A DNA stretch of 63,993 nucleotides, counting the filler, from Licmophora abbreviata (Eukaryota), in assembly GCA_900291995.1 (NCBI GenBank). It is 9 parts of 9 records of this genome, joined end to end, with 100 filler letters (N's around TTAATTAATTAA, not from the genome) between each part and the next. Parts side by side here need not be neighbours in the genome. Positions count along the whole stretch, not along the records: positions 48,456 to 56,644 come from OLMU01005537.1; positions 56,745 to 59,305 come from OLMU01005538.1; positions 59,406 to 61,281 come from OLMU01005539.1; positions 61,382 to 63,993 come from OLMU01005541.1; 5 more parts are not named here. One strand, 5' to 3'. The notes under the pieces are model-generated. The model had not been told where the DNA came from and did no database searches. It saw only the letters and a program-made list of their open reading frames with translations. How positions within the stretch are numbered: position 1 is the stretch's first letter; each line of letters starts with the position of its first letter. A program made the position numbers and the translations under genes. Shown one piece after another: positions 51,524 through 62,697 of this stretch.

Positions 51524-53017
51524 TTAATTTAAATATATATGTTTAGACGAAGCTAAACGAATTCGCCCTGAAGAAGCCCAATTTTGTAATTTTATCATTT
51601 GATCACTCTCAAGATTTGCTAATGGAATTAATTCGTCAAGAGCCATAGAAATATCATCCGTTGTAAATTCACGTTTTTCGTAAAATGCATGATACATACC
51701 ATCGATAATACTTTGACGAATCTCGGCTCCTGAAAAAGATTCAGATAACTCACTTAATTTTGAGTGATCAAAGGATTTCCAACTATTGGGTCTAAACTCT
51801 TTTAAGTGTATTTTAAATATCTCTTTACGTTCTTCTTTTTTTGGTAAATCTAAGAAAAAGGTTTCATCAAATCTCCCTTTTCGAATAATTTCTAGTGGTA
51901 ATAAATCAATATTATTTGCTGTAGCAATTACAAAAACAGGTTTTGTTTTTTCTGATAACCAGCTAATAAAAGTTGCTAGAACTCGATTACTAGTACCACT
52001 ATCTCCTTTACTTTCTACATTACTGAAAGCTTTATCAATTTCATCAATCCATAATATACAAGGTGAGATTGTTTCAGAAACATTAATCATCTGACGAAGG
52101 CGTGATTCGGATTCACCTACAATACCACCGAATAATTTACCTACATCTAATTTTAATAAAGGCAATTGCCAATCATTAGCAATAGCTTTTGCAGTGAGTG
52201 ATTTTCCTGTTCCTTGAATACCCACTAATAATAACCCTCTTGGCGTAGGTAAACCATAATTTAAAGCCTGCATACCGAATGCCGTTTTTCGTTTCTTTAA
52301 CCAATCTTTTAAGTTATCTAAACCTCCTAAACTCGCAATTTTCTCATTAACCGACCAATATTCGAGAATTTCGGTCTGACTTATTATTTGTTTCTTTTCA
52401 TTTAATAGAACATTGATACTATTATCATCAATCGTTTTATATGTTGCAATTATTTTTGATAGTACTCTTCGTATCCTCTCCAACGACAATCCTTGACAAG
52501 CCCTACTTAAATTTTCAAATAATTGTCCCTCAAGTTTTAGGTTTAATGAATTAATTAATCTTTCCAACTCTTGATTAATCTCATCTTCTATTGGTAATTG
52601 AAATTGTAGGACAGTTATCAAATCTTGTAACTCGGTCGGTATATTTAATTCTGAACCAATAATAATTATCGTTTTTGGTTGTAATTTTAAGATTCGACTA
52701 ATGTTTCTTAGCTTTCGAGAAACAGAAAGATCAGTTAAAAATCTATTAAAATCTTTTAATAAAAATAAAGCAGGCGTCTCGGCATTTAAACGTTCAATAA
52801 GTTCTAAAGCTTGCAATGGATTTCTCTTTGCAAACCCTTCATTATTAGGATTATTGGTATAACCATCGACAAAATCCCAACTATATATGCTTCTATTTAA
52901 ACTTGTTTTCACACTTTTGCGTATTACATATTCAACCCGATCTTCCTCGATTGTATTAATATAAATTATAGGATATCGAGCCTTTAAAAAAAGAGTTAAT
53001 TCATCATTAAATTTCAT
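51524..53017 (-). CDS. ycf46: AAA+ ATPase Ycf46
   Basis: ATG at 53017 MKFNDEL; GIQGTGKSLTAK, WIDEIDK, RKGRFDE. Confidence 0.95.
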   Translation of the reverse strand: MKFNDELTLFLKARYPIIYINTIEEDRVEYVIRKSVKTSLNRSIYSWDFVDGYTNNPNNEGFAKRNPLQALELIERLNAETPALFLLKDFNRFLTDLSVSRKLRNISRILKLQPKTIIIIGSELNIPTELQDLITVLQFQLPIEDEINQELERLINSLNLKLEGQLFENLSRACQGLSLERIRRVLSKIIATYKTIDDNSINVLLNEKKQIISQTEILEYWSVNEKIASLGGLDNLKDWLKKRKTAFGMQALNYGLPTPRGLLLVGIQGTGKSLTAKAIANDWQLPLLKLDVGKLFGGIVGESESRLRQMINVSETISPCILWIDEIDKAFSNVESKGDSGTSNRVLATFISWLSEKTKPVFVIATANNIDLLPLEIIRKGRFDETFFLDLPKKEERKEIFKIHLKEFRPNSWKSFDHSKLSELSESFSGAEIRQSIIDGMYHAFYEKREFTTDDISMALDELIPLANLESDQMIKLQNWASSGRIRLASSKHIYLN

Positions 53018-53129
53018 AAAACAATTATCCAAAATATCAGTTTGCTAAATTAATATTATATGAATTTTAAATAAAAAATTATGGGTTATTAGAGTTAGTT
53101 ATTTATAACTACTCTAATAATCTCTAAAA

Positions 53130-53276
53130 TTAACCACCTATCGTTAAATTTTTACGACCTTTTTTCCGTCTATTTCTTATTGTTTTTCTTCCTTCTGGTG
53201 TAGCCATTCGAGCTCTAAAGCCTGATACTTTTAAAACAGAATAACGTGTTTTATTGGAAAGTGTACGTTTTGTCAT
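53130..53276 (-). CDS. rpl34: 50S ribosomal protein L34 (not in ORF track)
   Basis: Manual translation [48 protein letters not shown]. Confidence 0.95.
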   Translation of the reverse strand: MTKRTLSNKTRYSVLKVSGFRARMATPEGRKTIRNRRKKGRKNLTIGG

Positions 53277-53302
53277 AAATTATTTTTAAAAATTAAATAT
53301 AT

Positions 53303-55967
53303 TTAGAGTATTGATGATCGGAACAAATCATAAATTATTAAATGTCTTAATACTTCTTCTCGCGTTTCAAACATAAAATAAGCATCTTGCTTATATTCAT
53401 AAAGAGGATTTCGTTGTCCATATCCACGCCAACCAACTGCTTCACGCAATAAAGTCATTTTCTGTAAATGTTCTCGCCAAATTCGATCAGTATTAATTAG
53501 AATAATACTTCTTTCTAAATTCTCAATAATTGTATCTCCATAAACTGACATTTCAGTAATTTTAGACTGATATGTCAACCAAAACTCATGAAACAAAAAT
53601 GTTTTCAGTTCTATTGGATTGAAATCAATCCAATTAGAATTAATATTTTTAATAAGTTGTAATTCTAAATTTCTACCAAACAAGTTTTCTAATAACGAAA
53701 TTATTTGTTTATCATATGATTTCTCTTCTTTCAATTCTAATAGAATTTCAGTGATAATTTGTTCACCATAAGCAAAAATATTTTTTTGAACAGAGGCACT
53801 TTCTAAAATTTGGCGACGTTCATGATAGACAATATTTCGTTGTTTATTTAAAATATCATCATAATCAAATAAATTTTTACGTTGTTGATATGCTCGTTCT
53901 TCAACTCGTTGTTGAGCAGAGTCTAAACTTTTTGTTATAAAATCTGATTCTAAAGGTGAATCATCAGATATTTGATTTTGCATAAAGGTTTGGACTTTAG
54001 GCCCACCAAATAGCCGTAGTAAATTATCATCTAAACTTAAAAAGAAACGTGAAGTACCGGGATCCCCTTGTCGTCCACACCGACCCCTTAGTTGGTTATC
54101 AATTCGACGTGAATCATTACGTTCAGTACCGATAATGTATAGTCCACCTAAATTTTTAACAATTTTATTCTCTTGTTTTTGATTTTTTTCATTGAATTTT
54201 AATAATTCGCTTATTAAAAATCGTATTGAGCATTGATAAGAAATTGTTGGGATTGAAATTCTATCATTTTCCCGTAAAATTCGTAAAACATCGATATCAG
54301 ATAAAGCTAAAAAATCCTTATCTGTTAATAATGATAATAAAACACTTAAAAATTTTTGAGATACTCCAAAAAAATTTCTCAATAAATTAAATTCTAAAAT
54401 TTTAGAATTTTTAGTATTAGAAAGAGTATAATTTTTTGATATGGTTAAAATATCATATAATCTTTTTGAATTTTAAAATTAATATTTCCACCCAATATAA
54501 TATCAGTACCACGCCCAGCCATATTTGTGGCTATAGTTATACATTTTTTTTACCAGCTTGTGCAACGATCTCAGATTCACGTCTAATATTTTCAGGCTTA
54601 GCATTTAATAGTTGATAAGATAAATTATATTCACTCAACAATTGTGCTAACATCTCAGATTTTTCTACTGTTGTAGTTCCTATTAAAATAGGTTGACCAC
54701 TTGACGAAATACTATTACATGCTTTGGCAATAGCATTCCATTTAGAAAATTGATCTTTATAAATAAAATCCGGTAAATCTTGTCTCATATTTGGTCGAGC
54801 AGTAGGAACGGTCTCAACAGGTAAATTATAAATTTTTTCAAACTCAATTTCTGCTGTTTTACCTGTCCCAGTCATTCCAGATAATTTTGGATAGATCAGA
54901 AAAAAATTCTGATATGTTATTGAAGCTACAGTCTCAGTTTTTTGACGAATTGGTAAATTTTCTTTTGCTTCTATAGCTTGGTGTAAACCATCACCCCAGC
55001 GACGGTCAGGCATTATTCGACCAGTAAATTCATCAACAATGATTATCCGACTATTTTGAACAATATAGTGTACATTGTTAAAGAATAGTGCGTTTGCTTT
55101 TAAAGCATTAATTATGTAAGGAATCCAAGGGTCATTCAAATCGTATAAATCTTGAATACTTAAGATTTTTTCTATTTGTTTACTTCCTTCTTCTGTTAAT
55201 AAAACATTTTTATTTTTTTCATCAACTTTAAAATGGGTATTAAGTTCTAAATATTCAGTAATTTCAGAAGCAACAATATATTTTTCAACTGGTGTTTCAA
55301 TATTATTCGAAATAATTAACGGTGTTTGAGCTTCATCAATTAAAATTGAATCAACTTCGTCAATGATACAGTAATTAAATGGTCGCAACACGACGTCACT
55401 AAGATTTAATGCCATATTATCACGAAGATAATCAAATGTTAATTCATAATTTGTAACGTATGTGATATCTGCGTTATAATTATCACGTCTATCTGGTGCT
55501 AGCATTCCTTCTTGTATTAGACCAGTATCCAATCCCAAGAATCGATAGATTTGACCCATGGATACTTGATCTCGATTTGCTAAATAATCATTTACTGTTA
55601 CAATATGAACACCTTTCTCTGTTAGAGCATTTAAGAACGCAGGTAAAGTTGCTACAAGAGTTTTACCTTCACCTGTTTTCATTTCACCAATTTTACCACT
55701 GTTCAAAACTAAGCCACCAATTAATTGAACATCAAAATGTCGAAGACCTAAAGTACGATAACTTGCTTCTCGAGTTAAGGCAAAAGACTCTGCTATTAAA
55801 GAATTTAAATTTTGATTCTCTTTATATTGTCTTCGTAAATTAAAACTTTTAGCTCTAAGTTCACTATCATTTAATGTTTTAAAATCACTTTCTAAACTAT
55901 TAATTTGACTAATTAATTTTTGGTATTTATTTACAACTAAATTATTATTAAATGGGTTTTTTAGCAT
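53303..55967 (-). CDS. secA: Preprotein translocase SecA (two frame breaks, T-runs 54544-54551 and 54463-54467)
   Basis: [19 protein letters not shown]; intervening frame [38 protein letters not shown]; adding two bases gives 888 aa. Confidence 0.95.
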
Positions 55968-55988
55968 TTTAAAATTAGTTAAATATTT

Positions 55989-56240
55989 TTACATAACAAT
56001 ATTTACACGTTTATGCTTATCATCTTTATAGTCAAATTTGACAGTACCATCGCTTAAAGCAAATAGTGTAAAATCTTTTCCACATCCCACATTTAAACCT
56101 GGTTTAAATTTCATCCCTCGTTGGCGAATCAAAATATTACCTGCTTGAACTTTTTGACCTCCAAATCTTTTAACACCTAAACGCTTAGCATTCGAATCAC
56201 GACCGTTTTTTGTACTACCTGCACCTTTTTTGTGTGCCAT
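55989..56240 (-). CDS. rpl27: 50S ribosomal protein L27
   Basis: [16 protein letters not shown]. Confidence 0.99.
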   Translation of the reverse strand: MAHKKGAGSTKNGRDSNAKRLGVKRFGGQKVQAGNILIRQRGMKFKPGLNVGCGKDFTLFALSDGTVKFDYKDDKHKRVNIVM

Positions 56241-56258
56241 AAGTTTATACTCCTATCT

Positions 56259-56576
56259 TTAATTAATTGTAATATCTTCGATTAGAACCCGTGTTAATTC
56301 TTGTCTATGACCTTGTTTTTTACGTGTCTTTTTTTTTGAGCGCATTTTATAAACAATCGTTTTTTGACCACGTAAATGTTCTAAAATTTTTCCTTTAACT
56401 TTTACACTTTCTAAGTAAGGTTTTCCAATAGAAACACTTCCTTCATTGTTTACTAATAAAACGCGATTTAATGTTATTTGTTTTCCTAATTCTGTTGGGA
56501 TTCTATTAAAATCATAATATTTCCCTGTTTCAATCCAAAATTGTCTACCACTTATTTCGACAATTGCATATTTCAT
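56259..56576 (-). CDS. rpl21: 50S ribosomal protein L21
   Basis: MKYAIVEISGRQF, KQGHRQELT. Confidence 0.98.
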   Translation of the reverse strand: MKYAIVEISGRQFWIETGKYYDFNRIPTELGKQITLNRVLLVNNEGSVSIGKPYLESVKVKGKILEHLRGQKTIVYKMRSKKKTRKKQGHRQELTRVLIEDITIN

Positions 56577-56607
56577 AATTTAGATTAATATATTCATATA
56601 TAGAATT

Positions 56608-56637
56608 ATGATACTAAAATTTAATTTGATTTGTCAA
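56608..56637 (-). promoter_or_regulatory. Putative promoter of the rpl21-rpl27-secA unit
   Basis: TTGACA-18 bp-TATCAT on the minus strand. Confidence 0.5.
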
Positions 56638-56644
56638 ATTTCTT

Positions 56645-56744
56645 NNNNNNNNNNNNNNNNNNNNNNNNNNNNNNNNNNNNNNNNNNNNTTAATTAATTAA
56701 NNNNNNNNNNNNNNNNNNNNNNNNNNNNNNNNNNNNNNNNNNNN
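56645..56744. other. Artificial linker at the plastid/nuclear boundary
   Basis: N44-TTAATTAATTAA-N44; composition shifts from AT-rich plastid DNA to about 50% GC, intron-containing DNA. Confidence 0.97.
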
Positions 56745-57182
56745 CAGCGTTCCCCCATGGCCTACTCTTACTATGCGGCGTTTGTTCTTTCGCGATGTGA
56801 CCTTTACCGGATTTGCGCCCCGCTGCCTTGCATCTCGTTCCAAGATTCCTCGAATGTACGACACCACATCGTTCGATGTCCAATCCAAAGGTTTGTTGAC
56901 CGCAAACAGGCCTTCCGATCGATAAACTGATACAGGCTCCTCTGTAGAACTCTCTTCGCGGGTAGTTGAGTCATCGCTACTAGAAGTGCCGTAAGCTGGT
57001 CGGATCCTAGTGGTACCGCCCGAATAAGTTTGGTGTCGAACTCTTAACCCCGAGGAGGGCAAATGGCAAAACGAGATACGGGTAGCACTGCGAAAATTCA
57101 AGCTGCTAGACAATGTGAACGCCAGCATGATCAAAATATGCAGCAAGACAGATTCCTCTATCCGTGTTTGAGCTTTTCTCAT
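56745..57182 (-). CDS. truB: Nuclear tRNA pseudouridine(55) synthase TruB-like, N-terminal part with targeting leader; 3' truncated
   Basis: GLFAVNKPLDWTSNDVV (motif I) and RVGHGGTL (motif II, cut just before the catalytic Asp). Confidence 0.88.
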
Positions 57183-57585
57183 GGCTCAGCAATCTAGAGC
57201 CTCGCACAGAGCACTCTTCCCATCGTCGATCGACTGATGATTGATGATTGCAAAGATTATGTGCACGAAGAAAAAAACCCAAAAACGTAGGGCTTTCGTC
57301 CATCTCGTCTGTATCTGGTACGGAGTTGGCTTCAAACTTTACTGTCAACTTTCAACTTGTGTTTCCGTTTTGTCATCGCCGGATAAGACGCGTATTCATA
57401 CCGGTACCAGGTATGGGGTGCAAAAAGCAACGTCCTCGGTTCTAACTACGTACCGGTACCAGGGTTCATAAATATCATATCAAACGGTAGTCGAGTCAAT
57501 AGTAACGTCACATTCATTCATTCACTTCACTCGCTAATGCATCGACCCATAGCTCCACAACACCTACTCGTAAGTAGCTAAACCT

Positions 57586-59884
57586 CTAGATGCGCTTGAT
57601 CTCCACTCGAATACGGTCCTGCAGAACGTGTCCCATTTCGACGTCGTTCCCTCCTGCATTTTCCAAGGTATCCCTCTTGAATGGATGAATTTCCATCATT
57701 GCATACGTTCCCCCTGTCGTTCCCTTCGTGAGCAGTCCTGGGTTGACAACCACAGTGCTGTCCAAGACAGTACGAGCAAAGCATGTCAGTTTTGACGGCA
57801 CCAACAGAAGATCCGGCTGGCAGGGCATATTCCATTGCTCCATGTGTTTCAAATCTAGATTCGTCGCCATATTCTGGGAGGCCGGGGGTGGAAACAAAGG
57901 ATAGTAGCTCTGCTGCTGCAGCAAGTGCTGTGCAATGCGCCCAAGCCTCGATCCGGGTTCGAGGTTTCCGTTAGTCTCGTCGGCGCTAATGTGAAAGAGG
58001 CTGTCAGTAGCTGTCAGTCCAATCACCATCTCGTTGATCTTGAGAGTGCAAGGATTCGAGATGCGATGCACGCGAGGGGAGTCGCTCGAGTTTTCAATGT
58101 GATGGAGTCCTAAAGTGCCAAACTCGATGCCCTCCGCGTTTGGCAGCTTCAAAGCCTTTCCTCCTTCCGCTAGTCGGTCTGTAAGGGGTGCCTGGGGATA
58201 ACTTTAAGGAAAGAAACAAGAACAAGAGTCAGGTCCACCTTTTATTTCGGTTGCCATAGTAAGTAGATACAACAGCGACTTACACCCATTCGGCAACCGC
58301 ATCGTCGAGACTTGGAACCAAGATGAACTGAGTTTGCACATCTTCGTCAATTTTGTCTTCATCGCCTCCAAAGAACTCTTCGATCAAAACCGCAATCTTG
58401 TTGGCAAAGAAAGCCTCATAGCTGAAGAACTGCTTCGACCCATCCTCAGCTTCAAGGATTGTTTCGCCTCTCATCACCTTTGGATGGCGCATGTCCACAA
58501 ACGGTCCAGCGAGAATAACAACGTCAGGCTTTTCCGCCCTGATAACATTCATCAGATCAATCAATGGCTCATACTCGAGATTGTCACTGGAAGTGTACGG
58601 ACCGCAAACGCTCATGAGCTTCAACGGCTTGCCGTCCTGCACATCGTGATGAAAGTGCAACAGCTGCTCGACATTGGTCTGCGTCGACTGTGTGGAAGCA
58701 CCCTCGCAGATACGATGTGCGACAATCTTGCGCCCAGACACATTCATTCCCTCGACTGCCACAATTTGACCTGGAAACAGCGAAAACGATGTCTTGGTCG
58801 ACTTGAGTTCAGACAGGTCCACGGTGACGCGTTTTCCACCTGTCGAGTGACGATCGCCCTCCAGAAGCACGGACGTCTGATTGATTCGTCCTTCATGGGC
58901 CTGTCAATGAGAGGAAAAGTGTGGTGAGCTAGGCCTCGTGCACAACGATATGATTCTAGACAAAGTAGTGAAATGTGACAGTCATACCTCATTGCAGATG
59001 CGTCCAATGCAGCAGATTTCGCCCTGGCGTGGCACACCGACAGATTCCAGAGCCGCAATGCCGTCCGACTTGCCAATTTCGTATTTTTCAATCATTTCTT
59101 CGCCCATATTCCTCAAATGCTGGTCCAGCGCATCAGCGCGTTCTTCCATGGTAGTAAACATGTGACGGTAGGGCTTGTCGACATTTGTGGGAAAGTCTGT
59201 GGAGACAATGCAGCGAGGCTTGGACGTAGGAGCCGGTTGAGACATAGGTGGCAAATCCTTTGGATTAAACGTCAGCACCACCTTTCCCGCACCGGTACGC
59301 TCATTNNNNNNNNNNNNNNNNNNNNNNNNNNNNNNNNNNNNNNNNNNNNTTAATTAATTAANNNNNNNNNNNNNNNNNNNNNNNNNNNNNNNNNNNNNNN
59401 NNNNNTTTGGGACTCATGGAGACTGCGGCGACGGCGTCGACCGCAGACTGTGGTGTCGTGCGATCGCTCATGTTACGCTTGTGGACGGGAGGGGTCACAT
59501 ACGAGGTGCTGCTGGGAGTCTGTCGCTTTCCAAGTCCTGGACGCGACATGACTGCCGTGTCCCCGTCGACCTCAGCATGCTTTGTAACATAGGCACGGTA
59601 GGCCTGGAAGGTGTGGTCAGTCAGTTCATCCACCTTTTTGTTAAGACTGACAGCCTCCCAGTCCAGGGCCAGCTGCGAGGGGGTCATGTGGAAGGACTTG
59701 GACAATCCAACGCCTATTATAGGAAGAATCAATCAAACCAGATGAGTAAGAACGAAAAGGGCGTAAGCACCAACGAGAAATTCAGTGTTGACGCACACTT
59801 GCTGAGAATGTCAGCGTCGACATTGTCGAGGCCCACGCCTGCGAATGCTGCCTCAATTTCCTTTCGAAGGGCTGGACTGCTCAT
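57586..59884 (-). CDS. POLA2: Nuclear DNA polymerase alpha/primase B subunit; exons 59884-59797, 59713-(gap)-58988, 58900-58284, 58201-57586
   Basis: GT-AG introns of 82-87 nt join ILSKCVGLSKSF..WEA, IGRICNE-AHEGRIN..VLLEG, FSLFPGQIVAVEGMN, GPYT, GPFVD, VYPQ, YYPLFPP, VNPG. Confidence 0.92.
59306..59405. other. Artificial gap linker within POLA2
   Basis: N44-TTAATTAATTAA-N44. Confidence 0.98.
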
Positions 59885-60376
59885 CCTGTACTTTCCACAC
59901 GGTGTCGGGGGACACTAAAGAGTTCAATTTCGATGTATTGACAAGAAGAGAGACGCCGAGAGATTGCAAAACCTTGAAACTTTCACCCGTTGGCTGCGGC
60001 TGGTGTGAAGTTGAAATGAATGTACGAGTATGAAAGCAATGCGCGCAAAGGATTTGCTGTGTTCCCCTTTTCAATTTTGGCGCGACGGTTTTTATCTCGT
60101 GTGTACCTCGATGATCGGCTGGCGCGCGCGGATGGATGGACAGTGTCCTCAGAAAGAACTCGGAATGGCAAGTGCACGTTCATCGACCGGCGCTAATTTC
60201 CTCCCAAACCTTTAGGCTTATGTGCTCACCCAACCAACGCAGTACAAGTGTCTATCATCTAGCATCATCATCGTGCAAGTATTCGCATGTGGTACCTGGT
60301 ACCAGGTAGATCAAGAAATCGAAACGAACAATAACAGAGATTGTAAAACCAGAACTCCACGATGGTGTAAACGGGT

Positions 60377-60449
60377 ACCTCCTTAGCTCAGTAGGCAGAG
60401 CGCTCGGCTTTTAACCGTGTGGTCGCGGGTTCAATCCCCGCAGGAGGTG
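60377..60449 (+). tRNA. Nuclear tRNA-Lys(UUU)
   Basis: ACCTCCT/AGGAGGT acceptor, anticodon loop CTTTTAA, GGTTCAATCCC, followed by T6 Pol III terminator. Confidence 0.9.
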
Positions 60450-60895
60450 CTTTTTTGCACTCTAAGTATAACTAATTGTCTCTCATTGGCCACACAGTTG
60501 ATATGTCCATACCTAGTGCGCCTTGATTCCAACAATACCGACAATTTTTGTTGCTTCTGGAGTGTTGTCTGCTTCACCTAAGGGTAGCTACGTACTTCTT
60601 ATCATGCCACCTGATGCTATGCGCGTTAGGGGAGTAAAATCCTTCTTGTTGCTTGCTTGGTTCAGGCGGCTATTGGCTGCTGCTGAACCCCACGGGTGCA
60701 CAGTTTTGTCAAAAATCATCGAATGCCGTTATCAAATGCTTTTCTTGAGCGTGGTTGTGCATTGTAGACTACGTTGTGATACGATCTGTGGTGCCTGCCA
60801 CTGCTAGCGGAAAACCGAAGAGCTCGAAGTCGCTCGCAAAAGAGCTCTTTTGTTTTAAACAATTAAATATTGCAAAAGGCTTGTTGTTTACGTAG

Positions 60896-60967
60896 TCTCT
60901 TGTAGTGAAGTGGTTATCACTCTTGACTTTGAATCAAGCATCCCCGGTTCGAATCCGGGCAAGAGAA
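60896..60967 (+). tRNA. Nuclear tRNA-Gln(UUG)
   Basis: TCTCTTG/CAAGAGA acceptor, CTTGA-ctttgaa-TCAAG, GGTTCGAATCC, followed by T5 terminator. Confidence 0.92.
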
Positions 60968-61281
60968 GGCTTTTTGCAACCATTTTCTCTTTTTGCTCTT
61001 TGACTTTAGCATCCGACGTCGCGATTCAAACTCACCCAAGTTCCTCCTCGCTCTTGGTCTCTTGTGTCATTGCGTCACCGCTTTGGAGCTGAACTCCATT
61101 CGTGCAGGGAAAAGCTGTGTAGTCTTCAATCGAAGGGCTACGTCAGTCAAGTGTTGGTTCTCCGCGGTTCTGAAACTCTCTCTGGAAAGTGCCAAGCTCC
61201 GGAGTCGAGTCACTCGAAGCGCTCTGGCCTCGGTGATGTGCAGACTGATCCTTGACCAAAGTTTTCGGTTCTATCGACCAG

Positions 61282-61381
61282 NNNNNNNNNNNNNNNNNNN
61301 NNNNNNNNNNNNNNNNNNNNNNNNNTTAATTAATTAANNNNNNNNNNNNNNNNNNNNNNNNNNNNNNNNNNNNNNNNNNNN
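61282..61381. other. Artificial gap linker
   Basis: N44-TTAATTAATTAA-N44. Confidence 0.98.
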
Positions 61382-62429
61382 CCCAGCTCGCCAGCCCACC
61401 GCATCCGTTGACGTCCCTGCTCAACGCTCTCTCAGCCAGCCTTTCGGCGTCTCCAAAACGCCCACCTGCCGCAAAACCGAGGGCGATCAAGGACAATCCT
61501 GCTGAATAGCCCGGAAGAGAGTTCCACCCTCGCTCTTCCCAATAAGATGATACAGATCCAGCGGCCCTTGTAAGAAAATGTGTTCACGCTCAGTTAGCCA
61601 TACCGGAATGAGAACAACGGACAGGATAGGCGGTCGAACATCGATACTTACCGTAGCGCAGATTGCTTATCCCCAATAGTGTGAGCGACATCCAGTGCCA
61701 GAGACAAAGCCAGGGCGTCCCCGGGACACTGCTGGAGTAACATTAGTAGCACACTCAGTGCTTCTTTTCGTTCGTGACGTAGTAAATGGTCCAACACCGT
61801 CATGTGTGCTCGTTCTCGAGCAGTGAATTCCGTCTGGTTCCGACAGGCGGCAGCCGTCTTAGCCAGTGTCAACAGGCTCACTCGTCCTTCCTCGACATGC
61901 TGTAGTAGCTCGTCCACCCTTTTCAAGTAGCCGACGTCGGCTTGAGCCAAGAGGGGGGATACGGCGGCCACAGACAACATGGGAGCTGCCTCGTTCCAGT
62001 GAACGGCATGTCTGAGGAGGTCAGCCCACACCTCGGCGGACGAGTGAGCGGCCTGAACTATCAGGCCCTGATCATTGCCTCCCTGCCCGCGACAGGAAGA
62101 GCCCTTTGTAATTGCGGTCATCAGGAACGCATCCAATGAAAGCATGGTTGACGGTATGTTCTTGGAGTGTCGTCCGAGGAAAGTCAAGGGTTCACCAAAA
62201 AAGTCAAAATTGGGCTGATGGAGGTCAGGAGAGCTTGGCGGCTTTGAGAGCCAGTCGGCTCATCTGGAAAAGAAGAAAAGAGGCGGTCACTTGCTCTAAC
62301 TTCTAGATCTGAACAGAAGGAAACCGGAAGTCTCCTCCCTGAGAGGACATTCGCCGTCGGTCGAATTGTGTTAGCCGCTGCGACGGAGAGCACTCTCCGC
62401 GGTACTCTCAAAGGAAGCGCTCGAATCAT
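61382..62429 (-). CDS. Nuclear TTC38-like TPR protein, 3' truncated; intron 61651-61567; probable 1-base error at 62243-62245
   Basis: TARERAHM...LLQQCPGDALAL...TIGD...YW...LIALGF...AERLAERALS resembles TTC38 (TPRE.LH...ILQDHPTDMLAL...YSFGL...AEKLAKEALS); intron GTAAGT...GCTAAC...AAG. Confidence 0.72.
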
Positions 62430-62697
62430 GAGACTTTGTTTCCCGTTAGCGTAAGCCTTGTGAGTCGGACAAATAATGAAAATAGATTGGGATTGGGATC
62501 AGGATCGGGGTCAGGATCAATGGCAACATAGGAAGAGTCGAGTCAACGGCGCATCGATCCTGTCTCTCTTTCGTGCGTCCGCAACCTCCGGGATCCATGA
62601 TAGGCACTCAGAAGAGGGACAGACCGTAGAAGATTGACGACAGACGGACGAGAGAGAGTCTACGAGTAAGTAACTGCGTTTTTATGATACACGGTAC

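Noticed and set aside
60976..61281. Possible coding fragment after nuclear tRNA-Gln
   Set aside because: No frame gave a recognisable protein, and the segment is truncated by a gap
62484..62518. Degenerate hexamer run GATTGG/GATCAG/GATCGG
   Set aside because: Short low-complexity microsatellite-like tract; no further structure
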